DNA of 32,000 nucleotides from Promethearchaeota archaeon (GCA_030606485.1 JAUWGH010000004.1:180001-212000), one strand, 5' to 3'. Shown: positions 7,715 to 16,881, counted from the stretch's first letter. Notes: generated by a model not told the origin, from the letters alone. A program made the numbers and translations.

Positions 7715-8401
7715 TTAACCCACTAATTTTACTTTAATTTGTCCAATGAGCCATTTTTTAATTTGGATAAAATTTTTTAACATACCTTTCCCTTGTTCAG
7801 TAGGAAACTCTTGCTCCTGTGGTAGGTTTTGAGTGTATGTCATCCATTTATTTAGAGCGAGCTGTACCAAATTATACCCTTCAGCTTTTTTTATGATCGG
7901 AATTACGGCGAAAGTTTCTCTTGTGTCACCTACAGAGAAGTATATCTTTCTTATAACATCTCCAATCATTACTCCGTTAATTACTTCATCTATTTTCCTT
8001 AGAACAATAATAGATTTTAATATTTGGTTTTTTACGTTATCATCAAGGGCACTAAACCCTTTCTTCCTATTTTCTATTATTTCTTTAATTTTTTCAGTTA
8101 AAGATTCTATCTCTTCTTCGGTATTAGCAAAATAAGTTATATTTACTCCGTCATCTGTTGCTTGAACTTTGCAGAAATATTTTTTAGTTGAATTAAACAT
8201 AATTATTGTGCTTCCTTTTTCTTCTGCAGAGAGTTTAATCCAAATAGCACGGAGTTGGACGTCATTACAGCAATGATATGAAATTTCAAATAATTCTTTT
8301 TTTGATAAAGAATCATAGGGTATAGTAATGATTTTATTTTTCCAGTTTTTCTCAACAATATTTTTATATTGTGATAAAATCTTGTTTTCGACCACGACCA
8401 T
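7715..8401 (-). CDS. Hypothetical soluble protein
   Basis: 228-aa ORF with normal composition that fills the space between genes; no motif recognised. Confidence 0.7.
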   Translation of the reverse strand: MVVVENKILSQYKNIVEKNWKNKIITIPYDSLSKKELFEISYHCCNDVQLRAIWIKLSAEEKGSTIIMFNSTKKYFCKVQATDDGVNITYFANTEEEIESLTEKIKEIIENRKKGFSALDDNVKNQILKSIIVLRKIDEVINGVMIGDVIRKIYFSVGDTRETFAVIPIIKKAEGYNLVQLALNKWMTYTQNLPQEQEFPTEQGKGMLKNFIQIKKWLIGQIKVKLVG

Positions 8402-8492
8402 ATAACACCCACAAAAAGATAAGAAATTTCTTATAATAATTTATCTTTTGCTAACATATAAATATTTATTGTAGTTTTTAATTTTAGTTGGT

Positions 8493-9869
8493 TTATTGGT
8501 TTAAGGATTTACTGAATTGATCATAAGATTTTTGAAATCTTTCAATACTTAAATCGATATCTTTTTTTGTTGCACCTATTGCAGAATTCATAACAATATA
8601 GGCATGTGGATAATGATTACAACACATCCCAAATGATTTTTCAGTTGGATCATATATTCTTGGGCCGGTAACTCGCAGAGTATATAATGCACCTCCTAAT
8701 GAAGATAAATTTTTTCCTTTAAGATTATCTAATGTTAATGCAACAGCCACAGGATTAAACACATTGAGTATTTTTTCTCCAATTTTATCAGCAATTTTGT
8801 TTAATTCAACTGCTAAATATTTTCGATTTTTCTTTTGTTCTTCTATAAGAGCTTGATAACCTTTAATACCTAATGAGAGTATAGAAATTAAAAACTGAAA
8901 AATGGGTGAGGCATTAGCTCGTCCGGCATATGTTCGGCTAATTTTTTCCATTGTATCTTTATGTGGTGTGCATATAATTGACCCACCAACTGGTGTTAGA
9001 AAGTTTTTATCAGTAGATTGAATTATTGCATCAACTCTTCCAGCGTCTATAGCTGATCTTATCATTTTCATCCATTCTTCACTTTGCACTCCATACGCAT
9101 TAACAACTATATGAGCAATATCTTTCTCTTGTGCTAATTTTGCAATTTCTTTAATATTATCTGCTTCACGAGGAGGAAAAAAGCTTGTAAATGATAAGAT
9201 TGAGAAGGTATCTTTATCAATTCCAGCAGATATCTTTTCTATTGGAACACGAACAGCATCTCCATATATTTCTCCTTCAACAATTTTGGGTTCAGCACCC
9301 ATATATTTAATCCCTTTTATTATCGAGGTATGATCTAACCTAGGCACAACTACTTTTCTTTTATAAAGAGTATCATTTTTCCATTCAGGTCTTAATCCAG
9401 CTAAACACAATGATAAGGACATTCCGGTCGCCATTGGAACAACTAGAGTATCTTTGATATTTGGTAGTCCAAACTTAGTCATTGCATATTTTGCTAATTT
9501 ATTAGTTAATTCATGCATGATGGACCCGCCCGGCGCTTTAGGTTGAGGAGCACTAATTTCTCCACTTCTACCAATTCCATGACAAAAACCAGCAGAGTAG
9601 AGATTTAATAATGGTGTTGAAATACGTGCTTCCCTTTCACCCACTCTAGCGGCATCTGAATCTTTATCTGTATCCATTTGAGATAATAATTTTAATAAAA
9701 ATTTTATTTGCTCATCTTCCCAAGGCTCTTCCGGAACTCGTTTTTGTTCTAATAAATTTTTAATTGGCTTTAACCAATTATCAAGAACAATTTGTCCCCT
9801 ATTAATCATATTTTGTGGAATTTTCGAGCCCTTAATTAAATCCTTTATTTTTTTTTCAAACATACTCAT
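8493..9869 (-). CDS. spcS: O-phosphoseryl-tRNA(Sec) selenium transferase (SepSecS)
   Basis: RVPEEPWEDEQI..LSQMDTDKD, VGEREARI, HGIGRSGEISAPQPKAPGGS, PMATGMSL, VNAYG, QSTDKNF (PLP Lys) and YAGRA. Lies 32 nt downstream of tRNA-Sec. Confidence 0.95.
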   Translation of the reverse strand: MSMFEKKIKDLIKGSKIPQNMINRGQIVLDNWLKPIKNLLEQKRVPEEPWEDEQIKFLLKLLSQMDTDKDSDAARVGEREARISTPLLNLYSAGFCHGIGRSGEISAPQPKAPGGSIMHELTNKLAKYAMTKFGLPNIKDTLVVPMATGMSLSLCLAGLRPEWKNDTLYKRKVVVPRLDHTSIIKGIKYMGAEPKIVEGEIYGDAVRVPIEKISAGIDKDTFSILSFTSFFPPREADNIKEIAKLAQEKDIAHIVVNAYGVQSEEWMKMIRSAIDAGRVDAIIQSTDKNFLTPVGGSIICTPHKDTMEKISRTYAGRANASPIFQFLISILSLGIKGYQALIEEQKKNRKYLAVELNKIADKIGEKILNVFNPVAVALTLDNLKGKNLSSLGGALYTLRVTGPRIYDPTEKSFGMCCNHYPHAYIVMNSAIGATKKDIDLSIERFQKSYDQFSKSLNQ

Positions 9870-9901
9870 TCTTTCAATCTATATATGATAAATAAATAAT
9901 A

Positions 9902-10018
9902 TGGCGGCCTCTGAGGGGAATCGAACCCCTACTCCTTCGCAGAGTAAGTGGATTTCTTCAGATCTCTTTAAAGTCTCTTGAAGTCCATTGTCTGAGACCA
10001 CTCAAACCGTCAGAGGCC
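9902..10018 (-). tRNA. selC: tRNA-Sec(UCA), 9/4 fold, with 24-nt intron (9954-9977); CCA encoded
   Basis: 9-bp acceptor GGCCTCTGA/TCAGAGGCC plus G73 and CCA. 7-bp D-stem GTTTGAG/CTCAGAC with TGGT loop. Anticodon TCA at 9981-9979. Long variable arm TACTC...GAGTA. 4-bp T-stem GGGG-TTCGATT-CCCC. Spliced length 93 nt. Confidence 0.95.
9954..9977 (-). other. 24-nt tRNA-Sec intron at 37/38
   Basis: Intron GAGACTTTAAAGAGATCTGAAGAA. Exon CTTC(32-35) pairs with intron GAAG. 3-nt bulges AA|G and AA|A. Outer helix AGA/TCT. Strict BHB. Confidence 0.9.
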
Positions 10019-10124
10019 ATATGATATTGTTTTATTATTTTTTGTATTTATGTTATTAGAATTGATATTAAATAAAAAGAATTTTAAAATAAAAAATATG
10101 TTTTCGATATTTTTTATCATTATC

Positions 10125-10949
10125 TTATTTTCCAATAAATTTCGGTTCTCTTTTTTCTTTTAAAGCATTTAAGGATTCATTAAAATCTTTACTTACTAGT
10201 GTTTTTATCCATCCTTTATTTTCTAAATCTAACTGTTTTTCTATTATATCTTTAAAATAAGCATGCATCGTCTTTTTCATTAATTTAATTGATAAACTAG
10301 GACCCATTGGAGGAATTAATCGTAATGCTTGTTTCCTAACATAAGGTATTAACTCTTTTTTTGGTAAAACTTTATTAATTCCAATGTTTAAATCATAAGC
10401 CTGCCGAGCGGTAAGTTTCTCTCCAAAATAGAATAATTCTTTAGCTCTTTGAAATCCAATAATAAGTGGCAGGAGAAAGGTTGTAGCAAAATCTGGCATA
10501 ACCGCTCTTTTGATAAAAAAAAGTGCAATCCATGCATCTTCTGAAATATAAACTAAATCAGAGCAGACTAAAGGCAATGTAAAGCCACCACCAACAGCAA
10601 GACCATTAATTGCCGTAATTACTGGTTTTGAGAAATTCCAGAATTTTAAACATAATTTTTTAGAAGCCATATCTCTTAAATTAATTTCCTTAATATATTC
10701 AGAAGGAATTTCTTTAAACATATCCTTAGAAAAATAACCTCCTGAACAAAAAGCATTAGCTTCTTCGCAACCGGTTAAAATTATTACCTTAATTTCTTTA
10801 TCTTTCTCCGCAATATCAATTGCATACCATAATTCCAAAAGAGATAGTGCAGAGAGTGCATTTTTTCGTTCTGGCCTGTTTAATGTAATAGTGACTATTC
10901 CATTTGCTTCCTTTTCAAATAAAATATCCTTAAAATCTTTAATATCCAT
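10125..10949 (-). CDS. Enoyl-CoA hydratase/isomerase (crotonase) family, PaaG-like
   Basis: ITLNRPERKNAL, AFCSGG, KPVITAINGLAVGGG and VMPDFA motifs. The two usual catalytic Glu are absent; the Asp of the PD motif is present. Confidence 0.88.
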   Translation of the reverse strand: MDIKDFKDILFEKEANGIVTITLNRPERKNALSALSLLELWYAIDIAEKDKEIKVIILTGCEEANAFCSGGYFSKDMFKEIPSEYIKEINLRDMASKKLCLKFWNFSKPVITAINGLAVGGGFTLPLVCSDLVYISEDAWIALFFIKRAVMPDFATTFLLPLIIGFQRAKELFYFGEKLTARQAYDLNIGINKVLPKKELIPYVRKQALRLIPPMGPSLSIKLMKKTMHAYFKDIIEKQLDLENKGWIKTLVSKDFNESLNALKEKREPKFIGK

Positions 10950-11042
10950 AATAAGTAGAATGGTAAAATAGAATAAAACTTTTCACAACGAAACCAGTTA
11001 AGCTGTTAGAGGATATTCCTTTATTTTTATAATCCATTTATA

Positions 11043-11690
11043 CTATTTAGGAAGTTCTATTGCAGCTAGTTGTTCGACATTAAGGCGTTTTAATCCAGAT
11101 TTGGATAAAGACACCCCATAAACTCTCTCTATAAATGATACTATTAAATGCGCAGTAGCGCCCCATACATTATATTTTGGATAACGGTAAATTGGAAATT
11201 TCTTGGAACCAATTTCAAAATAAGTTTCGGTGAAATTTTGTTGGTCTAAAAAGAAATCCATGGGAATTTGATAAATTTCTTCTACTTCAATATCTTGTTT
11301 TTTCAATTGAGCTCCACTTTGGATTAAACCTACGAAAGGAGTTATAATATATCTTGTAGTGGTTGGTAGATCATCCAAACACCCGAGTATTTTGATATAT
11401 TCTTTAGAAACACCAATTTCCTCTTCAGTTTCTCTAAGAGCTGTATCTAGAAGTGAATTATCGAGATTTGGATCAAATTTCCCTCCTGGAAATGACATTT
11501 CTTTCCGATGTCGTTTTCCTACGTTTGTCCTTTTAATAAGAATCACGTTAAAAGAATTATCAATCTCCATGAACGGGAATAATACAGCAGAGTTTCTAAA
11601 TAAATCGTGCTTAATTTTTAATCTATCAGGAGAATCAAAATTCATTAGCTTGCTTTTAATGATCTGTACATCAATGTGTCTTTTATTCAT
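11043..11690 (-). CDS. Nudix CoA pyrophosphatase (NUDT7/PCD1-like)
   Basis: HRKEMSFPGGK...ALRETEEEIG Nudix box, ITPFVG, VWGATA. Confidence 0.9.
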   Translation of the reverse strand: MNKRHIDVQIIKSKLMNFDSPDRLKIKHDLFRNSAVLFPFMEIDNSFNVILIKRTNVGKRHRKEMSFPGGKFDPNLDNSLLDTALRETEEEIGVSKEYIKILGCLDDLPTTTRYIITPFVGLIQSGAQLKKQDIEVEEIYQIPMDFFLDQQNFTETYFEIGSKKFPIYRYPKYNVWGATAHLIVSFIERVYGVSLSKSGLKRLNVEQLAAIELPK

Positions 11691-11766
11691 GAATAAATAG
11701 TAAAATTTTATTTTTCTTTTTAATTTTATAATATAATTTTAAAGAAATAATTAATGGTATATTTGA

Positions 11767-12090
11767 ATGGTAAAATTGCCTAAAGAATTGCAGCAGAATA
11801 AGAAAGGACCTGGACCAAGTAGGATAAACAAAAAATGTTCAGTTGAAGAGTGCGGAGAAATAGCTATCCGTTCCTTATCAAAACAAAAATGGGAGTCATA
11901 TGCTGAGAGAGCAAATTTAAAATTAAAGAAATCAAAAGATAGGAATTTTTATTTATGTAAAGTGCATTATAAAGCTGCTAATAAATATCGTAAGTCAGCA
12001 GAAAAGCTTACGAGGAAAAATATTTTTACTGAAAATACACGATATGGCATAGCAACTAAAAAGAAAGCAATTAGTCCCTGGGATAAATAA
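11767..12090 (+). CDS. Small basic zinc-finger protein (C-x4-C ... C-x2-H), function unknown
   Basis: KCSVEEC...AIRSL...YLCKVHYK; highly Lys-rich. Confidence 0.7.
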   Translation: MVKLPKELQQNKKGPGPSRINKKCSVEECGEIAIRSLSKQKWESYAERANLKLKKSKDRNFYLCKVHYKAANKYRKSAEKLTRKNIFTENTRYGIATKKKAISPWDK

Positions 12091-12106
12091 GATAAAATAA
12101 AAATGA

Positions 12107-12241
12107 CTAAGGTATATTTGCGATTTGAGCCATTTTATCAAAATAAGAATATATTAAGTCTATTTGGTTTAAACTTAAACCTATAGTAATGAATGTTAAA
12201 GCAACAAGAAGGGCAATAACAGCAACTATTTTTGATCGCAT
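12107..12241 (-). CDS. 44-aa single-pass membrane protein (not in ORF track)
   Basis: ATG 12241 to TAG 12107 gives MRSKIVAVIALLVALTFITIGLSLNQIDLIYSYFDKMAQIANIP. It fills a 220-nt gap and converges 16 nt from the 11767-12090 stop. Confidence 0.6.
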   Translation of the reverse strand: MRSKIVAVIALLVALTFITIGLSLNQIDLIYSYFDKMAQIANIP

Positions 12242-12310
12242 TATTAACTCATAACAAAATAATTTTTGATTTTAAATAAAACTTGTTAATTCGATAATTT
12301 AAATTTATTT

Positions 12311-13213
12311 TTATCTATTTTTAGTATATTTTTTTAGTGTTTCAATCATTAAGTCTTTTTTTCTTATCTTAACTTCTAAATCTTTCTCTTTAGGTTTGAA
12401 TTCATCTTCTTTTATTTCTTTTGAACTTAATCTACCTTTTAAGAATTTTAAATCTCTTTTTAAATCTAATTTCTCAGCTTCTATTCTTGCTGACCATAAT
12501 TTTATGCCTAGTTGTAAATTTTTGAGATTTTGTTTTGCTTCTTCCAATTCTTTCTTATATTCTAACTTTAGGCTTTCATAAATCTCTTTATCTACTTTCC
12601 TGAGTTTGAGATTAGTATGTAAGGTGTTCAACTGATCTTTTTTTTCGGCAATTATCTTTTCATAAGTTAAATATTCAAATTCACCACTTATCTGACCTTT
12701 AATCTCTTGCTCTTTTACTTCTAAATCCGATTTTATTTTTTTTAGCGCGTCAAGTTTAATCTTTACATCTGCCGTATATTCTGCTTCTATTTCATATTGA
12801 TCATCTTCAATTAATTTTTCCACATCATCAAACTTTGCGGCAAGTCTTTTTTTCTTATTTTTAATGTCTCGAAGATCAACCATTAATTCTAATCGCTTTT
12901 TAATCTCATCAGAGAGAGGTAGTATTTCTTTAAATTCTTCTTTATGCTTTTCTTTAACCTTCTTTGCTTTTTTATCCTTTTTTTGTTTCACTTCTTCTTT
13001 TTCTCCCACCTCAATTTGCTCTTTCTCTTCTATTGGCTCATCAATTGATGGAGTCTCCTTTTCATCCTCTTTAAATTCCTCTTCTACCTTAATTTCTTTT
13101 TTCGTTTCTTCTTTTGGTTTGTCAAGTCCAGAAAGCATTGGTTTTCCACAATAGATACAAAACTTATCTGTTGACCTTGCTTTTTTACCACAATAAGGAC
13201 AAAAATTCGTCAT
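12311..13213 (-). CDS. Zinc-ribbon protein with charged linker and long CdvA-like coiled coil
   Basis: CPYCG...FCIYCG, an E/K-rich linker, then a coiled coil containing LHTNLKLRKVDKEIYESLKLEY and LKGRLSSKEIKEDEF motifs. Confidence 0.55.
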   Translation of the reverse strand: MTNFCPYCGKKARSTDKFCIYCGKPMLSGLDKPKEETKKEIKVEEEFKEDEKETPSIDEPIEEKEQIEVGEKEEVKQKKDKKAKKVKEKHKEEFKEILPLSDEIKKRLELMVDLRDIKNKKKRLAAKFDDVEKLIEDDQYEIEAEYTADVKIKLDALKKIKSDLEVKEQEIKGQISGEFEYLTYEKIIAEKKDQLNTLHTNLKLRKVDKEIYESLKLEYKKELEEAKQNLKNLQLGIKLWSARIEAEKLDLKRDLKFLKGRLSSKEIKEDEFKPKEKDLEVKIRKKDLMIETLKKYTKNR

Positions 13214-13329
13214 TTTATTTCACCTAGTCTTCTATATTGATTTCTTTTATAATTCTCAATATTGCAGAATTATTAATATATATTATATATTATTATTTTG
13301 ATTAAAGAACTAATTTTTAAATATTTAGT

Positions 13330-14814
13330 ATGCCAATAGTTAATACTCTTGATATCAAAGATAAAAGCTCAGTTAATGTAGGGTTATTTGGACATATCGA
13401 TTGCGGTAAAACAGCAATCGCCGAAGTTTTGAGCGAATTTGTATCGACTGCTGGAATAGATGCACATCCTCAAAGTAAAGAGAGAGGTATTACCATTGAC
13501 ATGGGTTTTACTTCATTAATTTTAGAAAAATTTTTGGTAACACTAGTTGACTTACCAGGTCATGCAGATTTAATAAGAACTGTTGTAGCTTCAATTGATA
13601 TTATTGATTGTGCTATTGTCGTAATTGATGCAGTCCATGGAGCACAAATACAAACTGGAGAACATTTAATAATATTGGATTCACTTGGTATTAACCACAT
13701 AATTGTAGCACTTAATAAAATCGACCTTATTTCAAAAGAACAATTAAATCCAATGATAGAGAAAGTTTCATCCTTTTTTAAGAGTACCTCATTTGGCTCA
13801 GATGTTCCAATTTTTGCAGTTTCTGCAAAGAATAAAAATGGTTTTGAAAAGTTAAAGAAAGGTTTATTAGATTTATTAAACAAGATAAAAGTGAAAAGAG
13901 ATAAATCAAATGATTTAATAATCCCGATAGATCATCATTTTCCGATTAAAGGAATTGGAACCATAATTACTGGAACAATTCTTCAAGGAACAATTAGAGT
14001 AAATCAAAATCTGAATATTATTCCAATAAACAAATCTGGGCGAGTTAAATCACTCCAAATATTCAAACAAGATGTTGATAAAGCAGAAGCAGGTGATAGG
14101 GTTGGTATTGCAATTAAAGGACTTGATTATAAGGCAGTTTTTAGAGGTTGTTATGTTGTAAGTAATAAAGAAAATTTTATTTCGGGAAATTTGTTTAAAT
14201 CTAAAATTTATATAAATAAGTATTATAAGGCAAGTCTTAAATTTGGCATACAAACACATATTACTTTAGGAATGAATACAATTCCTGCTTATATCTTTCC
14301 ATTTAAAGAAATTAACAACAAATTCATTGCATTTAATCCAGACGAAAATGATGTTAATTTTGATGCAATAATATCTACAATTGAACCAGTTTTAACTAAA
14401 AATTTAGTATTCTTAAAAAATAAGCAAAGCAAAAATTATGAAAAATTCCTTATCAGCCGTTTAGACCTACCAGCAACTACACTCAGAATAGTAGGAATAG
14501 GAGAAATAATAGAAATATATGAACATCCTCCAACACTTCATAAATTTAAAATCAAATATGGTATAGTTAAAAATTCTAACCATCCTCAAGGAATTATCGT
14601 AAATAATTTAGCAAAAAGCCTTACTGGTGCTAAAAAAATTATAGGTAAAAAATTAGAACGACCTTTTGATAAAGTGATTGACACTTTTGGGACAAAAGGT
14701 GGTGTTGTCGTTAGCTTGAAAGAAAAAAAAAATAAAATTTCTAATGGAGATCAAGTAATATTAAAAGAACTGCGTAGTTTTAATATAAAACAAGGGCAGA
14801 CGTCAAATCTTTAA
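13330..14814 (+). CDS. selB: Selenocysteine-specific elongation factor (archaeal SelB/eEFSec type)
   Basis: GHIDCGKT, SKERGITIDMGF, VDLPGH, NKID, DHHFPIKGIGTIITGT, and short domain IV with DTFGTKG. SepSecS and tRNA-Sec lie nearby. Confidence 0.92.
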   Translation: MPIVNTLDIKDKSSVNVGLFGHIDCGKTAIAEVLSEFVSTAGIDAHPQSKERGITIDMGFTSLILEKFLVTLVDLPGHADLIRTVVASIDIIDCAIVVIDAVHGAQIQTGEHLIILDSLGINHIIVALNKIDLISKEQLNPMIEKVSSFFKSTSFGSDVPIFAVSAKNKNGFEKLKKGLLDLLNKIKVKRDKSNDLIIPIDHHFPIKGIGTIITGTILQGTIRVNQNLNIIPINKSGRVKSLQIFKQDVDKAEAGDRVGIAIKGLDYKAVFRGCYVVSNKENFISGNLFKSKIYINKYYKASLKFGIQTHITLGMNTIPAYIFPFKEINNKFIAFNPDENDVNFDAIISTIEPVLTKNLVFLKNKQSKNYEKFLISRLDLPATTLRIVGIGEIIEIYEHPPTLHKFKIKYGIVKNSNHPQGIIVNNLAKSLTGAKKIIGKKLERPFDKVIDTFGTKGGVVVSLKEKKNKISNGDQVILKELRSFNIKQGQTSNL

Positions 14815-14908
14815 GAGAGTTAATCAAAAATTAATCAAAATTATTAAATATGAAATTTATTATAATATTATACTAGACTGATATTTAAAAAAAAATAATA
14901 ATATTGGC

Positions 14909-15337
14909 ATGTCTATTGAAGAAGAGTTAGAAATTGCAAAAGAACTTCAAGTTGAATTAATGCGACAACTAGAAAATTTGGAAACTAAAACTGATCTTGA
15001 GGGGACTGCAATTATTTCTAAAACAGGAATTAGGATAGCTAGCTCAGATACGGCCTCTACTGTTGCAGATCTTTTCAGTGCAAGTCCAGCAACATTAGTT
15101 TCCTTAGGAATAAATATATCTAAAGGTTTAAACCAGGGAGAATTAAGAGATATTGTTATTCGTGGAATCGAAGGGTTCACAATTATTACAACAAGTTCTC
15201 AGGAAAGTAACTTCATGTTAATAACTCATTCCAAAAAGGAGGCGTCTCTTGGATATTACTTTAATAAGATTAATAAATCTTACAGAGAAATTGAAAAATT
15301 ATTAAAGGATGTAAAGCTTAAATCTGCTTTTTATTAA
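14909..15337 (+). CDS. Roadblock/LC7 domain protein
   Basis: LEGTAIISKTGIRIAS, GELRDIVIRGIEGFTIIT and ASLGYYF pattern of roadblock folds. Confidence 0.85.
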   Translation: MSIEEELEIAKELQVELMRQLENLETKTDLEGTAIISKTGIRIASSDTASTVADLFSASPATLVSLGINISKGLNQGELRDIVIRGIEGFTIITTSSQESNFMLITHSKKEASLGYYFNKINKSYREIEKLLKDVKLKSAFY

Positions 15338-15355
15338 ATTTATTTACATCTCCAA

Positions 15356-15970
15356 TTAAAACTCTGAAATTTTAAATAATTTTGAGCTAATTTGAATTAT
15401 TGCTGGAAGCACAAATATGTATAATAATGTATTTGAAACAATATGAATAACTGAAAATGGGATGCCTGCAATAAAAATTGGAATCCAAACTTCAAAACTT
15501 AACTCAACAAAGGGAAGATACCCCCCAATAGTAGCAATTATGTCATAAATGAATGTCCATGAAAAGCCGACCGCTCCAAATAAAATTAAAACTCTTAATA
15601 CGAAAAGATCTTCAGTAGGCCTAAAATACTCTTTATTTTTCAAATATTTAAATGAAAAAAACCCTAAAAGGCTCAAAATTGAGTAGAGTGATATTTGAGT
15701 AGCAAATAATAAAAGATGAGAGGGACCCATAGGATTCAAAAAACAAAAAATGGTGACACTAATAACACTTATGAATAACCCATTTTTTTTACCAAAAGAA
15801 AAACCACAAAAAAACAACATTAAACTAAAAAGTTCAAAATTTGGGATAGCATACAAGAGATATCCAACGAGGACGGTTAATGCAGAAAATACACTGATAA
15901 TTGCTACATTAAACGAATCTCGGTCTAATAGATTGAATTTAGTATCTGATTTTAATGATTCTTTTTCCAT
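15356..15970 (-). CDS. ECF transporter S-component (CbrT-like, possibly cobalamin)
   Basis: About 6 TM segments. VAIISVFSAL...AIPNFELFSLMLFFCGFSFGKKNG matches the S-component N-terminal pattern. Start ATG 15970 preferred over 16039. Confidence 0.75.
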   Translation of the reverse strand: MEKESLKSDTKFNLLDRDSFNVAIISVFSALTVLVGYLLYAIPNFELFSLMLFFCGFSFGKKNGLFISVISVTIFCFLNPMGPSHLLLFATQISLYSILSLLGFFSFKYLKNKEYFRPTEDLFVLRVLILFGAVGFSWTFIYDIIATIGGYLPFVELSFEVWIPIFIAGIPFSVIHIVSNTLLYIFVLPAIIQISSKLFKISEF

Positions 15971-16108
15971 TTTCAAATTAATATAGGATAAGTTACCTAT
16001 AAAATTTATCTTTAATAAAATATTAAAATGCCAAATCAAGTTTAAAACTATGGAGAAACTTGATAATATTTATAATTTCGATTTTAAAAAATCAAATAGA
16101 GGATAAAA

Positions 16109-16846
16109 TTGGAAATATTTTTTGAAATTCATAAGGATTTACCGAGAGAGGGACCAGGTAATAATGAATCAACAAAAAAAGCATTTGAATTTTTAAAACA
16201 ATTACCTCCCAATCCCTACATTTTGGATATAGGGTGTGGTCCGGGTATGCAAACTATACAGCTAGCTAAAATGGCAGATTGTAAAATCATGGCTTTAGAT
16301 ACTCATCAGCCATTTTTGGACGAATTAAATTATCGTGCAAAAAGTGAAAGTGTTCAAGATAAAATTGAAACTGTTAATAGATCAATGTTTTCACTGGACT
16401 TTAAAGATGATTTCTTTGATATAATCTGGTCTGAAGGAGCAATTTATATATTTGGTTTTGGAAAGGGTCTTAAAGAATGGCGCCGATTTTTAAAGAAAGG
16501 GGGATATTTTGTTATATCTGAACTTTCTTGGCTAAAACAGAATCAACCCGAAGAAGTAAAAGGTTTCTGGAATGAATATTATCCAAGTATTAAATTGATT
16601 GAAAAAAATATACGGATTATAAAGAATTTAGGTTTTAATTTTCTACATAATTTCACAATTCCAGAATCAGGTTGGTGGGATGATTATTATATACCTCTAG
16701 AAAATCGTATCAATCTTTTACGAAAAAAGTATAAAGGTAATATTGAAGCTAATAAGGTTTTAGATCAGGAACTGGAAGAAATATTCTTGTATAAGAAATA
16801 TTCTGAGTATTACGGGTACGTTTTTTATATTATACAAAACAAATGA
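16109..16846 (+). CDS. Class I SAM-dependent methyltransferase
   Basis: LPREGPG, ILDIGCGPG (motif I), FDIIWSEGAIY. TTG start with GAGGA upstream. Confidence 0.9.
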   Translation: MEIFFEIHKDLPREGPGNNESTKKAFEFLKQLPPNPYILDIGCGPGMQTIQLAKMADCKIMALDTHQPFLDELNYRAKSESVQDKIETVNRSMFSLDFKDDFFDIIWSEGAIYIFGFGKGLKEWRRFLKKGGYFVISELSWLKQNQPEEVKGFWNEYYPSIKLIEKNIRIIKNLGFNFLHNFTIPESGWWDDYYIPLENRINLLRKKYKGNIEANKVLDQELEEIFLYKKYSEYYGYVFYIIQNK

Positions 16847-16881
16847 ATAGATATAAGTCTTTAAGCTAAATTTTTTATAAA

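Noticed and set aside
13261-13329. AT palindromes (TAATATATATTA) in the divergent selB promoter as operator sites
   Set aside because: Expected by chance in such AT-rich intergenic DNA.
16040-16881. Methyltransferase as a mobile element insertion
   Set aside because: No terminal inverted repeats, target duplication or transposase seen.
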